DNA from: Dimorphilus gyrociliatus | Lineage: Eukaryota > Animalia > Annelida | Reading direction: 5' to 3' | Assembly: GCA_904063045.1 (NCBI GenBank) | Contig: CAJFCJ010000006.1 | Span: 62,001 to 126,000, forward strand | DNA: 64,000 bases | Shown: piece by piece, positions 30,987-44,574 of the stretch | Layout of the letters: every line of letters starts with the position of its first letter | Numbering within the stretch: the first letter of the stretch is position 1 | Translations under genes and position numbers: made by a program | The notes under the pieces: generated by a model | Told to the model about the DNA's origin: nothing | Database searches by the model: none | Seen by the model: the letters and a program-made list of their open reading frames with translations, nothing else

Positions 30987-33273
30987 AAAAAAACTTAAAT
31001 TTCATATTTACACTTTTAAACCCTTCTCTTTATATCTTTTTTGTAATATTTTAGCAGTTTATTGAATTTTCTTTTGTAACAAATGGTTGATTGTATACTC
31101 TATGTAAATAAGTTTCAGTAACTATCTTATGCATTCCTTTTAAATATATATTTACAACTAATAATTAACTTTCATCTATATGTTACAATAAGTAACGATT
31201 AAACTTCAAATAAAGAAAACTTTGACCTATGAAGAAAGAGAGAGAGATTGAGAGACAGACAGACAGACAGGCAGACAGGCAAAAAAAGAAAGAGAAAGAA
31301 AGCAAGAAAGAGAAAGAGAGAGAGAGAGAGACAGAAAGAAGGAAAGCATAAGAATTTATTCTTGAGGAGGAATATCTGCTATTTTTTTTAACCATAAAAA
31401 GTACTATAAGTAATGGAAAAGTGAATGATCACTTAACGAATATCAACCATTTATGTTTTTAATAGTTGAAAGATTGTCTTAATTGAAATAGATGGATGGA
31501 GATGAAAGAAATAAAGAAAAAGCCATTTTTTGTATAAACAATTAGACAGCTCATAGGCTTTATGAAAAAACAATCCAGAGGTGAAATCGCACATGATGAA
31601 GGTCGCGATTTTTTCTTGAATTACCTCAAGGTCACATATTCTTATCAAATATTTAAAAAGCACTTACAATGCGAATAATCTATTGCTATATCTCATATCT
31701 TTCCGATAAAATCATTTTCTTTTTTTCCTCTTATAAAGTTTGTTAAAGGTATATAAATCATTTGAAAAATCTGTTATCTGATTGACAATATATCCTTCTC
31801 CAAACAAAGTGAAGTTCAAGCCTCATCTTACCTTATCATTAAATTATATATGGATACACTACAAAAAACTAAAAAGGACAGGGTAGTTCTCATGCTTGAA
31901 TTTTTTATATTATCTATGTACAAATCTACAACGACAAGATTTCGAACTAAAAATAACATCCGTTTTCCCGTTATTAAGAAATAATTTCCTATTTTAATGG
32001 GTTTCTAGTGTTGAGTTATATGATCCAATAGATGGCGTAAAATCTTTTTCTTTTTATTTGAAGATTGTTAAAGAAAATTATGGCGAATTGAAAAGATATA
32101 AAAAACTAAAAACTATTACAAGAAGAAGAAAGAAATCCCCTTCAACTAAATTTATTGGTTCAATTTATACGTTTATAAATTGATAACTGCATCTCTTATC
32201 AGATCTTAAATTACGGTACCATATAGCTTGGAACAATAAGTATCTTTACTCAAGTAAAGATATGAAAAAAAGTAAATTTCTTAGATAAAATGAAAAATAA
32301 TAATTATTTAGGTGCAAACACACCCTTTATTCTCTCTTATTATATATTTCTTTCACTATCTGTCTCTGTCTCTCTATCTATCTCTCTCTATGCCTCTGTC
32401 TTTCTTTTCCGCTTTCTTTCTCTCTTTCTTTATTTTTTATTTCTTTCTTTATTTCTTTTCTTACTTTCCTCCTCCTCCTCTTATTCTCCACACTCTCTTA
32501 TAATTCCTCATACTGAAGCCGCCAGCGACGAAATACACAAGAGATTTTTATAGGACTACAAATGTTCATCTGAATCAATATTTTCTTCACAGTTAAAACT
32601 TGTTATCCAATAGCATATTTTCCAGGTCAAAATAATTATACAAGTTAAATTTAATTTACGTACAAGTTTAACCTACAAGTAACGTTTTTATTTTAAAGTT
32701 AAATAAATTTTTTCCCCTGTTTAAACTAAGATTAATTAAAAAAAATTAATTTTAACCATATTGTTAATTAATTTGTTGATTAAATTAAAAAATAAAAGAG
32801 AAGGAGGAGGAGGGGAAATATTAAAAGTTAATTAAAAAAGTAATATATAAATATCTATATATATATATATCTACTTTATTAAAACAAGACAAAATACTAT
32901 AAAGTTTCTTTTGTACTAACGAAAAAAGAAAAAAATTATGTATATAAATTTTAAGTTGGTAATACGATTGATAATACTCGGATTCTTTTACTTAAACTCT
33001 GGTATTGATTAAGGACGATATTATAGAAATACGCTTAAAACAACGATATCATTTAAATGATGTAGGAAATTTTCTATTGCATTTTTAAAACCAAAATAAA
33101 AAAAAAACAGTTTTAAATATATTCTTTTATTTCTTTTTTTATTTAATCTTTCTAATCAAGTCTGAAATTATCACTAAGCTTTACAAATATAGAAACCAAG
33201 GCTATAGTAGGCCTTTTAATAGACTAGTATGTTAGAAACGATTGTAGTAGTACGCCTTTAAAAAAAAAAGATT

Positions 33274-33308
<35 letters not shown>

Positions 33309-33718
33309 TTAAATTAGGCTATATTCAATTCAGACATGGCTAAATATCAAATATTACCATTCCTTTATTTCTTTAATAGTCTTTTATTGGTAGTAAAGAG
33401 TGGAAAACGACACTAATCTAATCTAATTTATTAAGTATTTGAAAATCCATTTAAATTTATAATTTGAAGTTCTTAATTCTAACATAAGAACTATCGTAAA
33501 TCGCTTTGAATATTACTCAATTCAAAGTTTCTCCCTTAATTTTTTATAGTAGTTTTCTTGTAGAACATACTTTGGCTTTCAAATACTTTTGTAAAGATAT
33601 CGGCGAACGTCGTTACGCCAATAATACGAGCCAGTTGTTGCAGATTCTCTAAATATGCTTACTTTGGTACAAACGTACTGAGAACAATGTTAGAAATATT
33701 TTAGAAATATTTCAAATA

Positions 33719-33755
<37 letters not shown>

Positions 33756-34340
33756 TAATATATTAGTATATACTGCATTTATATATATATCCATATATAC
33801 AGTATATATATATATTATTCATGATAATTTATTAGTGTGATTACGTAATAAAACATTCGATCTTTTACTTGTTTATATTAAATGAATATTGTATATAAAT
33901 ATATCCTATTCGGTTTTATTTTTAGTCGGAAATTAATTTTCTCTTTTCATTTAAAATTGATAAACAAGATGAATTAAAATTGTTTACTATTGTTTGTCAA
34001 TATCGTTAAATCTCTAGACTAAGCTTTACTCTCTTGGGTTATTAGTTGTAAGTTGTTTACTCAATATTTATTATATACATAAACTGGAAGGAATGCAAGA
34101 GAATTACAGTAATATAGTTACAGTTGCTGCGCGCTCGTTTGCCTACTATAGAAAATTTTCAAGATTCTAGATCTGCTACGCAACTCAGCAAACTACTCAC
34201 TAAAGATCTTTATTAAGATATCGCCCAGGCCTGAAATAAATATACATTGGTACAAATATACAATAAACCAAGTATGCCTTCTATGTATAAATTTATACAC
34301 TGTGCACAGTTTACATATATACTAATACAGTATATATACA

Positions 34341-34390
<50 letters not shown>

Positions 34391-35812
34391 ATTAACTGTA
34401 TGTATACGTAAACTTTAGTCTTAATTCTCGCAGCGGTGTAATAAAGTTTATACTAAGCGGATTAGCGTGGATCTATTTTGACATTTTACACCTCACCCCG
34501 TAGAAACGATTATAGGCAGCTAATTTCTAAAGGTCATCAAGATAAAATCATAATAAACGTAATATTATACGAGTTTTCTCAATAAATTCAAACAAGTTTT
34601 ATTCTTTAAAATATATAAATGACTAAGAAAAAATATTAATAAAAAACTAACTTCTTTAAATCCAAGTCAAATAATGATATAGACTTTTTTCTTTTAACAG
34701 AATAAAATAAACAGAAAGTAGAAAGAAAATAATAAAGAGATATAGATATATAGATAAATATATAGAAAACGAACAAGGATTGAGATTTAAAAGTTATATG
34801 GTCTATATATTTACAATTTTTTGAACGAGTGCAATAAACGTCTATAGCTCTAGTTAAACGCCTTTCAATTAGGTAATAATCGAATCTTTGATTTATTCAT
34901 GCAAAGTGAAATGAAAGAATGAATATATATACAGTAATTTGTAATGGAATATATTACAATTAATTAATTAATTAGTTAATTACTAAAAGAGATTTAAATA
35001 GTTAAAACGTTGTTGTCAAGTTAATAATCCGTAAGCGAATAATATTGTTTAACAAAAGAACTTGTGTAGAAAGAGACGTGACGACGCATATAAATTGGTG
35101 TAGGTCATAATAGTATACGCGAAATATATATTTTCAGTCAATATCTAATAGAAAAGGTAATAAAAACCATTTTTTCGCCCCCTCCTTTCTTGGTCCAAAA
35201 GAAAAAAGACCATCTTTTAAAAATAGAATAGAAAAATAAATGCTCAATATTAAAATTGGAATTATTCATTTCAATTTACTTTATAATCTCCTGAGGAGTT
35301 TTTAGACGAATGAAAAACTCACCAAATTTTCACCCATTATCATAAAAACTATATGAAATTTGATTAAAGTTTACTTGCTGCATTAAAGTATCATAAATAT
35401 TCATTTAAAAAAATGATGTTGTACTACATAGATCAATGGAATCGTACCACATTTCAATTTAATTCCCAAAAAAGTTTTATAAAACATATACAGTAATATA
35501 TTATATAAATATATTCATGACTCGCATGGTGATTGGCCAATTTCGGAAGTAAGGCCTGAAGCGGAGAAATGTTTGGGTGCCATATGCACAAGTGCTGCTC
35601 TGTCTGCGCATGGGGAGAGTATGCACCTCTCCGCCACGGTGCGGATTCTTTGCTTCCTAGCAGTCATGAGATTGGCAGGTAAAACTGACGCATGTTTTCC
35701 TTTAGTAATAGATTAGACTGTAAAAATTCCTAGGCCGGCGGCCCGTTTTTCTCTTCAAAGGTGATTTTGATTAACTGACTGAAGAAATTTTTTCTACGCT
35801 CTCTCTTTCTAA

Positions 35813-35868
<56 letters not shown>

Positions 35869-36258
35869 ACGTATGTGTGTCTGTGTGTATTAGTCTGTAT
35901 GCAGACATACATATGCTTATATAAATTCTAAACACAATCTTAACTATATAGGAAATGTACGTAAAGTTCTAAGCAACGTTTATATATAATTTATCATTTT
36001 TCCTCATCTTTTTACCTTTTATTTCTATAAGTTTTATTATATAAAACGTGTTCTTGCCATTCAAACATACAACTATCAATATTTTATATAAATTTGGTAA
36101 AATATAATACATTCGATGTTTTTCCTTAATAATAAGATTTAATATATATCTTATGTATGTATGTTTTCTTTCACAGAAAACTTAAGTTTTCAACAAATTT
36201 CAAACTTTGAAGTTTCTTTTAAACTTTTGTATCATTTCCGTATTTCGTTTACACTTAT

Positions 36259-36300
<42 letters not shown>
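30951..36300. repeat. Cluster of simple sequence repeats: (AT)n 30951-30981, 33723-33754, 34344-34388, 35821-35858; (AG)n 33278-33304; (CT)n 36263-36300
   Basis: Perfect dinucleotide arrays directly visible. Confidence 0.95.
35530..35612 (+). promoter_or_regulatory. Putative ADAMTS promoter: double CCAAT, ETS and NRF1-like motifs
   Basis: GATTGGCCAAT at 35531-35541, CGGAAGT at 35544-35550 and TGCGCATG near 35605, in a GC-richer island just upstream of the signal-peptide exon. Confidence 0.55.
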
Positions 36301-36305
<5 letters not shown>

Positions 36306-39300
36306 CTCTCTCTGCTTATCTAATTCTCTTCTTTCGTATTGCTTTTCTAGCCTTTCATCTAAAGTCTCCCACGCTTATTTGACGACATTAAGCAACATTT
36401 TTTTTTTGAGAAAGTTTTTCTTTTCTTCTTTCAATCGACTTCTTCATATTCTCTCTTCTCACTCTCTCTTTCTCTCTTTCTCCCACTCTCACCTACTCTC
36501 TTATTCGCTCTTTTTATATTGTTTTAACTTTCTATTATGCTATAAAATTTGTATAAAAAAACACGGTTTGATAAACTAAGGTGCTAACAACGGATAGCAA
36601 CTCCAGTCGTATTTTAATGATGAGAGGGAAATGTTTCATTACGAAATGACCCCGTTTAAATTCTGGGCGTGTTTGGCCAGAGTATAGAGATAACGCTGAC
36701 ATATTGTTTATAAAGTTTTTATGCGGATGCAAGCCGCATAGATTTTTAGTCGGTAGTGATTATATAAATATAGCTTAAGTATATATAGTAAACTATATTT
36801 ATACTATATATACAAGGTATTACCGTATTTTCATATATATTTTATTTATAAGTTCGACTACGTTAGAATCTGTATGTCTGAGAACATCTTAGCTATTAAA
36901 AAGCCGTATAACTGTCGGCCTAAATTATACTCTTTTCTCGAGGCAAAATTATAACCGGCGACCTCTCTTTTTTCATTTATTTTTTGAAAATAAACCAGAT
37001 AAACTATATAATACCTTTACTATCCGATAACGCATCATATGCAGAGAGAACTAGAGAAAAAGTGAGATTAAATTTACAGACCCGGCACAACAGGTTAATT
37101 AAAAAAAGAGAAAAGAATTTTTCAACTGAAAATTTTATTATTAACGAAGGTTTCAATTTTCTTTTTTTGTTTTTTTTTCTCTGCTTTTTTTTTGTTTGCA
37201 AGTTTCTATCCCCAGTTTTTGAAGCCCTGAGGCTTTGGCCATGTGTAGGTTTTTCTTTGGCAAATGGAAATGAGATAAGGGGGAATTAGAGAAGTAGAAG
37301 ACCGACGAAATCTAGAGGGTACACCCGCCTTTCGATATTTTGTTTGTAGCTTAAAACCAACGTAGATAAATAAACAGTTTGTCTGTCATTTGTTTGCCTT
37401 TTTTTCTATAACCCGTAAATAGAACAATTGTTATTTTAATATGTCCCTGACGCTTTTGGGCTATTTACAATTTATAAACAATGCAGAGGCGTTGAAAAAA
37501 TGGGAAATATAAATATTGAATGTTCATTAAGGTGTTTTTCTATAATAGTAATAAAAAAAACGAAATTTTCTGTCCAGACATGATTAAATTGATTATACTT
37601 GTCTATTTCTTTAATTATAGTCTCATTTGAAGATGAAGAAATCTCTCCTGAAATTTTGGATAGCTTACATTTGGACCTTTTCGTTGTCACCGACCATACT
37701 ATGTACAAAAATTATGGAGAAGAACTGGATAGTTATACAGAAACGATAATAGACTATGTAGGGCGTCTTTTCAGAGATGCAAACCTTAAAGTTGACATTG
37801 AAATTAATCTAGTGGGCAAATTGCATTTTAAAAGCGTAAAAGATGAGAGGAAGCATCTTATACCATTCCCCGAAAATATGAATGACGCCCATTATTTATT
37901 GGGCGCCTTCTGTACCTGGCAGGGAAGCTATCTGAGGAAAAAATATGACTATAAAGCAGCTATACTAATGACTAGGCGTGATATAACAGGAGGAAATGAT
38001 TTGAACACTTTAGGAGTAGCCAATAAGATGGGAGCTTGTTCGGATAATATGGCTTGTGCTATAATTGAAGATAAAGGATTTAGTACAGCCTTTACTATTA
38101 CACATGAAATAGGTCATCTGTTGAATTTACCACATGATGACGATAGAGATAACTGTAAAGGACCCACACAGAGGCGGATCATGTCGTCCTTACTCGATGC
38201 ATCTGTTGATATATTCTCTTGGTCTAAATGCTCTGCTTCTCATGTTCGGAAATTCGTAAAGAGCAGCAAATCGAAATGCCTTCGAAAAAAAGCAAGATCA
38301 TATAATACAACACACACGGGCAATATGAAACTTGTGCTGCCCGGCGAATACTACAACGAGGAGAAACAATGCTCTTTCTACAACAAATCATATTCGTCCT
38401 ATTACACAACTTCTTGTCGACAATTAGTTTGTAGGTCGCCTACGGGTAGCTTAGCAAAACTGCACTTCCCAAAGGCCGATGGAACGCCGTGCGGTTATAT
38501 TGAAGGATTGATGTGTTATCGTGGCAGGTGTACGGATTTTAGAGATCCAATAAAACCTTTAAACGGTGGTTGGGGACGCTATAAAAAAGTTGGAACTTGT
38601 AGCATTCCTTGCGGTGGCGGAATCCAATATGCTGTCCGAAAATGCAATAACCCTATTCCGACACACGGTGGTCGTTACTGTTCTGGGAGAAGGGTTAAAT
38701 TTTGGACCTGTAATAGACAGGTGAGTTGTTTGCTTTCTTTTATAAACATAAGATAGTTGTAAGTGTGAAATGAAAATGTAGGAGGTGACCGAGGGAGGGG
38801 TAAAGATCTCTTTTTTCTCTTCAAACGACTTTTAGCAGCAGGTGATCCTATTAGAAAAATAAACTAATAGGTGGAAATATTTTGAAAAGCAACAACTTAA
38901 CGCTTTAGCAGGTTTATAGTTGGTCCTATTCCACATATCTCTGTTAAAACGGTAAAGAGAAGGAGAGAGAGAAAGACGTTCTCAACGAGAATCATTTCTC
39001 TCCATCACTTTCTCTCTCTCTGTTTTTTAAATTATGCTTCTGAAAAAGTATCTGTTTCACTAAGAAATTTAAAAAAAATGATCACGTGATCAAAAACTTC
39101 CAGGCATGTAACAGATTGATAGCAAAGTTACCGAACCTAACGCGACCGGTGTATGGGGAATAATTTAATTTAATCGCAAAACCGCTATTTAACTGACATA
39201 CTAACAAACAAGACCGCTTAGGATAATAACTCTAGCTATTTAGTACAATGTTAAGAATAAAAGAAAAAGCAACGAGTTTTGACAAATAGTATAAACAATT

Positions 39301-42300
39301 TACTACGGGTAGTGTTTGTTAGTGAAAGCCGATAAGTCTGCCATCTATTAGTCGTTTAGGCTGTATAAACCCTGGACTCTAGCCACACACATATTTGATT
39401 GAAAACCGAATATTTCACAGGATAAATTTCTTTCAGTAACATATGCTTTGCACCCGTAAATTCTGTCAGCGTTTTATCTGCACTTGGTGACAAATCTCTT
39501 AGGAGCTTTGAACCCCTTAAAGGCGCTTTCTTATCAGATTTACCGTGCAAGCAAAGCCAGGGCAATTTCAAGTCATCCATTGACTCAGTTGCCTCCTCAA
39601 CTGCCTTTAAAATTTCAATTCCCGTTCTAGCATGAACTTTACCGTGATAGTTAAGAACGTCCTCCTTGTAAGATTCTACAAGATCTGCGCTTCTAGAGAG
39701 GTCAGAGTAATCGTTTCTTGGGAACAATCGGGCCTCGGGAGAGAAAAAAGAGAGTGCTTTTGAAAAGGCTACCATGGCTGCATTATCCATTAAAGAGCTT
39801 TTTGATAAGAATGGTGATAAGAGAATTAGGCCGGAGAAGAGTTTTGGATCTCTAAGTACGGAATGCAGAGCCACTAATCCACCAATACCTTGGCCGATTA
39901 TAAATAATTTCAAATTGAAAAAATCTCGCTTAGCTTCGTTGCTATGTCTCAGCACATCTTTAACAACATTCAAAAAATTACCAATCATACCCCTAGGCAG
40001 GCCTTCACTTCGTCCATGATACACGAAATCGTGCCCAATCACAAGGTGACCTTCCAATGTTAAGCGTTGCCCGATCTCTTCCATGTAGCCCATATGTTCA
40101 CCATAATCGTGGCAGAGGAAGACAACCGATTTTGCCGGTATAACTGAAGGTTCCATTTTTATAGAATATAGGTTTATTCCATTAGTTACACTTTCTCTGT
40201 AGCCACTCTGAAATTTGATTCGCTTGTTAAAGCTTCCTCCTAACGACACAGTGAATGATGTCTCCGATGATGTGTAACTAACATTATCAGATTTCTCAAC
40301 GTCCGTCGCAGTAATTTTTTCATCATTTTGATGATTTTGCTAAATGTATAACATAGGATATAGAGTTATAAAATGGAAATAACTCAATTATGACAATTAC
40401 TACTTTTTCTCTTTCCGATTCAGAAACATTAGCCTCCAATAGTGTATTAGTTTCCTTTTCTTCACTGGTAGAAGTCTCGTTCTTGCTCACTAAATCATCA
40501 TTTACCTAAGAAAAAGCATAAATTGATAATCAATAATAAGAAATTTTAATTAAAAAAATTTTTCATATCTAAGGATTATAGGAATATAAGAGGGACGCCA
40601 TCTATAGGGATTATATTTGCACAAAGAAGTATTACCTTATCAATTTCTCTAGAATTCAATTCTTCAACTATTTCCATTTGTTCTCCATTCTTTAGTTTAT
40701 TATTTGGATCCTGTAATAAAAAAAAATAGGATAAATTTTAAATTAATTTCTTTCTATTTGATTGAAGTTTAATAGGTGAATAACCTCGTGAGTATCACTT
40801 GGTCTTTGAGTATAGTTATCGATCTCTGTCATTTCGTGCGTGTCATCGAGTATTTCTGTGGTTTCTTTTCCGTCTATTTCGGATTTTATGATTGTTCTTT
40901 TAACAACGATTCTTTCTTCAACGTAGCCTTTGTCCGTATTATATTCCGATTCACTTTCGCTCAGCTTAATAGCCAAATGTTGTTCATGTGTCTGATAAGA
41001 TTGAGCTATATTTTCGTCATTTTCATCGTTTGGTGATACATTATTATTTAATAGTAAAGCAGTTCTTTGCTCCACATGTGCTTCGGTTCCCTCGTCAAAA
41101 GTTGATATCAAGTGTTGCACGCTTTCATTCGTAAGACGCGTATGGCTCTTTGTTATTGTTTCTTCATATTCTACTGTTTCTTGCAAATTGGTCGCTTCAT
41201 TATCAACCTTTGTGTGTGTTACCATTGTAGTATTAAAGAATGCTTCATCTTTTTCTGAATATTGACAAGTTATTTCGTCTTCTTCCTTATTTGATATTTC
41301 ATGATGATCATTCTCCTTACTCGTTAATTCGCCAGTCTCTGTCTTTTCGGGTATGAACTGAGATTCTAGCTGAGTAGCTAGATCCTTGCTAGTATCTTGC
41401 CTCTTGACTTCCTCCTCTTCCATAATCGACAAATGACATTTAAGATTTGGTATTGTATCTTCTATCCTTTATACTTTCTTCAGTAGCCCATATCGAAGAG
41501 TCGATTGTAAATAATAATATATTAGGCCTACTTTTCAACCGGTTTTTAGTCCCTTTGGTATCATATTGAATTTGAGATGACAATATGAAATTTCAATGGG
41601 TTATATATTGATATATAAACTTTCTTTGCAGCCATGTGAGCCAAGTATTAAGACTTTTCATCAAAAAGTCTGTTCTCAATATGATGGAAACACTTTCAAC
41701 AGGACTGATGTTAAGCCAAACGTCAAATGGCAAGCAAAACTACCCGTTGTCGAGTGCATTATAAAATGCTATCCAGAAGGGAATTTCGATAAGTTACCTA
41801 TTCTTATCGATGCAGATGATGGTATACCATGCAAAAGAAATGACCCAATAAGATCGTATGGTAAATGTGTGCAGAAGAAATGCGAACCTTTCGGCTGTGA
41901 TGGTAAATTTAATTCAAAGAAGGCCTATGATCAATGTGGAGTTTGTGGTGGAAATAATGATACTTGCGAATGGAGGACTGGAATGTTTAAAGATTATGTA
42001 AGAGATTACCAGATGGTTACTATTATACCAGTGGCTGCTAAGAGTGTTAGGGTAGAGTTAAAGAATCCCAATCCACCTGGCCATTGTCCTTTTTTGTATT
42101 TGGGAGTTAAAAAATTAGACGCAACAGCTGAAAATAGAGATATGTTAAATATGGGCTATCTAATATCATCAAAGGAAAAAAATGTTCCTTTAGGTCCCCA
42201 CGCATACTTACGCTACAATAGATCATGTAATGATATAGCTGAAACTATAGATGTTGTGGAAGGTTCCGTTCCGGAATCTCTTGAAATATACGTTTTGGGT

Positions 42301-44038
42301 TATTTGGGCGAAAAGGCAACAGTAAATTATAAAATGATCGAACCTAAAGAGTTAACATACGCCTGGGGACACGAACCTGAGTGGTCTAATTGCTCTGATC
42401 TATGTAGGGGTATTCAAAGTAAAAGAGCCATCTGCATTCTTACCGATACCAAGACAAGAGCCGCCGAAAATTATTGCCTAAATAAAGATTTAAAAAAGCC
42501 ACCAAATAAAATTAGAGAATGTAACAATAGAAATTGTAAGGTTAAATGGAGAAGACTTAGGAATGACCGGTCAATCTGCTCTGCAGCTTTTGGGCTAGGT
42601 GAAAGAAGATTAAGATTCGAGTGTGTCGCTATGTCGAATAATTCACCTGTGCAATTACTACCAAATGATATCTGTTTCAAAGAATTAGGTGAACATCAAA
42701 GACACGAATCATGTTTCTCAAAGTGCTCATGGCAAAGTTCAGAATGGTCTACATGTAAACAGGAAACGTGTAAAAGAGAGAGAAATATCTGGTGCGAAAG
42801 AAAAATTTGTAGCTGCAATTCAGCTTGCGACACAAAGCGAAATTCTACAGAGGTAAGTTTAAAATTCTTCACAGTATTGTTAGCTTTTAACAACAAATGA
42901 ATTTTGTCTTTAGTGTACTGCGAATATGTGTACGAAACAATGTATCAGAACCGAGACTAAAGATCACAATTGCTATGATTTTCATAAGCCTAAGACACAA
43001 ATATCTTGTAGAGCTAGAGAGTGCAAAAATAAGGAGCAAGGTAGATGGAAGACGCTTTCTTGGTCGTCTTGCAGTGTTACCTGTGGTATCGGTTTTAGAA
43101 GAAGATATATATTATGTCAGGATATGGGCGGAAGACGTAGACCTGATAGATTTTGCAGAGCTATGCCTAGACCAGAAGATAAAATGGAATGCGAAGAATC
43201 CCTTTGTGCCCATTGGTCCGTGAGCGATTGGGGAGAGTGCGATTCACCTTGTGGTTCGGGAAAAGCAAGAAGGGACGTTTCTTGTAGATATGATGATGGT
43301 TCGTGGGCGCCCCATGATATGTGTATTGTGGAAAGGGAGCCCTCGTCAGAAAAAAGTTGCGATAGAGGCCTATGTGGTCAGTGGAGAGCTGGGGCGTGGT
43401 CAGCTTGCAATGCAAATGATTGTGATGAAGAGGGTACTCAAACACGAGAAGTCAAATGCACTGGGGGCGTAGGATGCGCAGGGCTGATGCCAATATCTGA
43501 AAGACATTGCATTAAAAAGTGTGATGACGAATGGCTGATTGGGGAGTGGTCAGAATGTTCTAGCAGCTGTGGAACAGCGTATAAAACAAGGAAAGTTTCC
43601 TGTCCCGGAACATGTTTGAAGGAAAAGCCTGCTGAAAAATCCCCTTGCCACTTTGGTCCTTGTCCCATTTGGACTACATCAGATTTTTCTGATTGTTCCA
43701 CAACTTGTGGCAAAGGGTATCAATACAGGACAATCTCCTGCAGGAATCCACATAATGGTCAGATCCTAGAGAACAATTTATGTGCTGATGAAGAGAAACC
43801 ATATCCGCGAACTGCATGTTTCCGACCATGTAGACACTACAGACGGAATAGACAGAGATCGAAAGCCAAATGGAAAGCGTCATCTTTCTCTTCGTGCAGT
43901 CATTCTTGCGGTATGGGAATACAAATCAGAGCCATTCATTGTGTTCGAAATAGGAAAAATGTGGATTTGAGATTATGTAAAGAAAGTGAAAAGCCCGTAA
44001 CATACGCCTATTGTCACCTGAGGAGATGCTTTCAGTAA
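35621..44038 (+). CDS. ADAMTS: ADAMTS metalloprotease, exons 35621-35678, 37621-38720, 41632-42852, 42914-44038 (about 1167 aa)
   Basis: Zinc motif HEIGHLLNLPHD with Met-turn IMSS, disintegrin-like, TSP1 (CSIPCGGG..RKC), Cys-rich, spacer and many C-terminal TSP1 repeats (WSxCSxxCG). Exon 1 is inferred from its signal peptide and matching phase. Confidence 0.88.
39356..41423 (-). CDS. Nested antisense gene: about 300-aa acidic N-terminal region fused to a monoglyceride-lipase-like alpha/beta hydrolase lacking the nucleophile Ser; exons 41423-40785, 40710-40636, 40505-40404, 40339-39356
   Basis: All three introns are GT-AG and phase 0. Domain motifs VVFLCHDYGEH, GHDFVYHGRSEG, IIGQGIGG, GLILLSP, LHGKSD, GAKHMLLKE. 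Lies inside ADAMTS intron 38721-41631. Confidence 0.82.
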
Positions 44039-44574
44039 TGAGGGTTGTTGGGTGTGTTCTTTGCAAAAATGAAATATGCATAAACATCATATATATACTG
44101 TATATATATGTTTATGCTTATAAAAAAAATGTTTTTTTCAGACTCGAACAGCGACCAAAACTTTAAAAAGGGAAAGATTTCCTTCTTTTTTCTTGCAGGG
44201 AGGAAACTTTCAAGATAATTTTTTTTTATTAAACATTGTTTAAGGAGCGCACCTAATATGAACTTACCACTTTTTTGCAATCTTTTTTTAATTTCTCCAA
44301 GTCGTCGCTAAAGGAATTCCACTGATATTTTAAGTGAAAATGTGTGGATAGTAGTCAAAATTAGTCAGACTTTGTCTGTAGATTAGTGCCATATGGGAAT
44401 TATAGTTGGTTTATGAACTTAGAGACTGTACTTAGGCAGTTTTGTACATATCTTTTTCAAATAATTTGGCACAAAAAAATATTGTTCCAATTTTAAGGCT
44501 ATGTGGTGTCCACTCTCTTTCGTTTGTATCTTCTGTTTCGTTTCAAGTTACAATAAGAACTTATTCTGTTAATT

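Noticed and set aside
33731-33775. AT-rich palindrome TATATACTAATATATTAGTATATA and other short hairpins (e.g. GTCTGTC-CCTT-GACAGAC near 30107)
   Set aside because: Low complexity or too short to support an RNA gene or transposon end.
36984-37289. ORF containing RLIKKR as a possible ADAMTS furin site
   Set aside because: No prodomain similarity, and its splice phases do not fit exon 1 or the 37621 acceptor.
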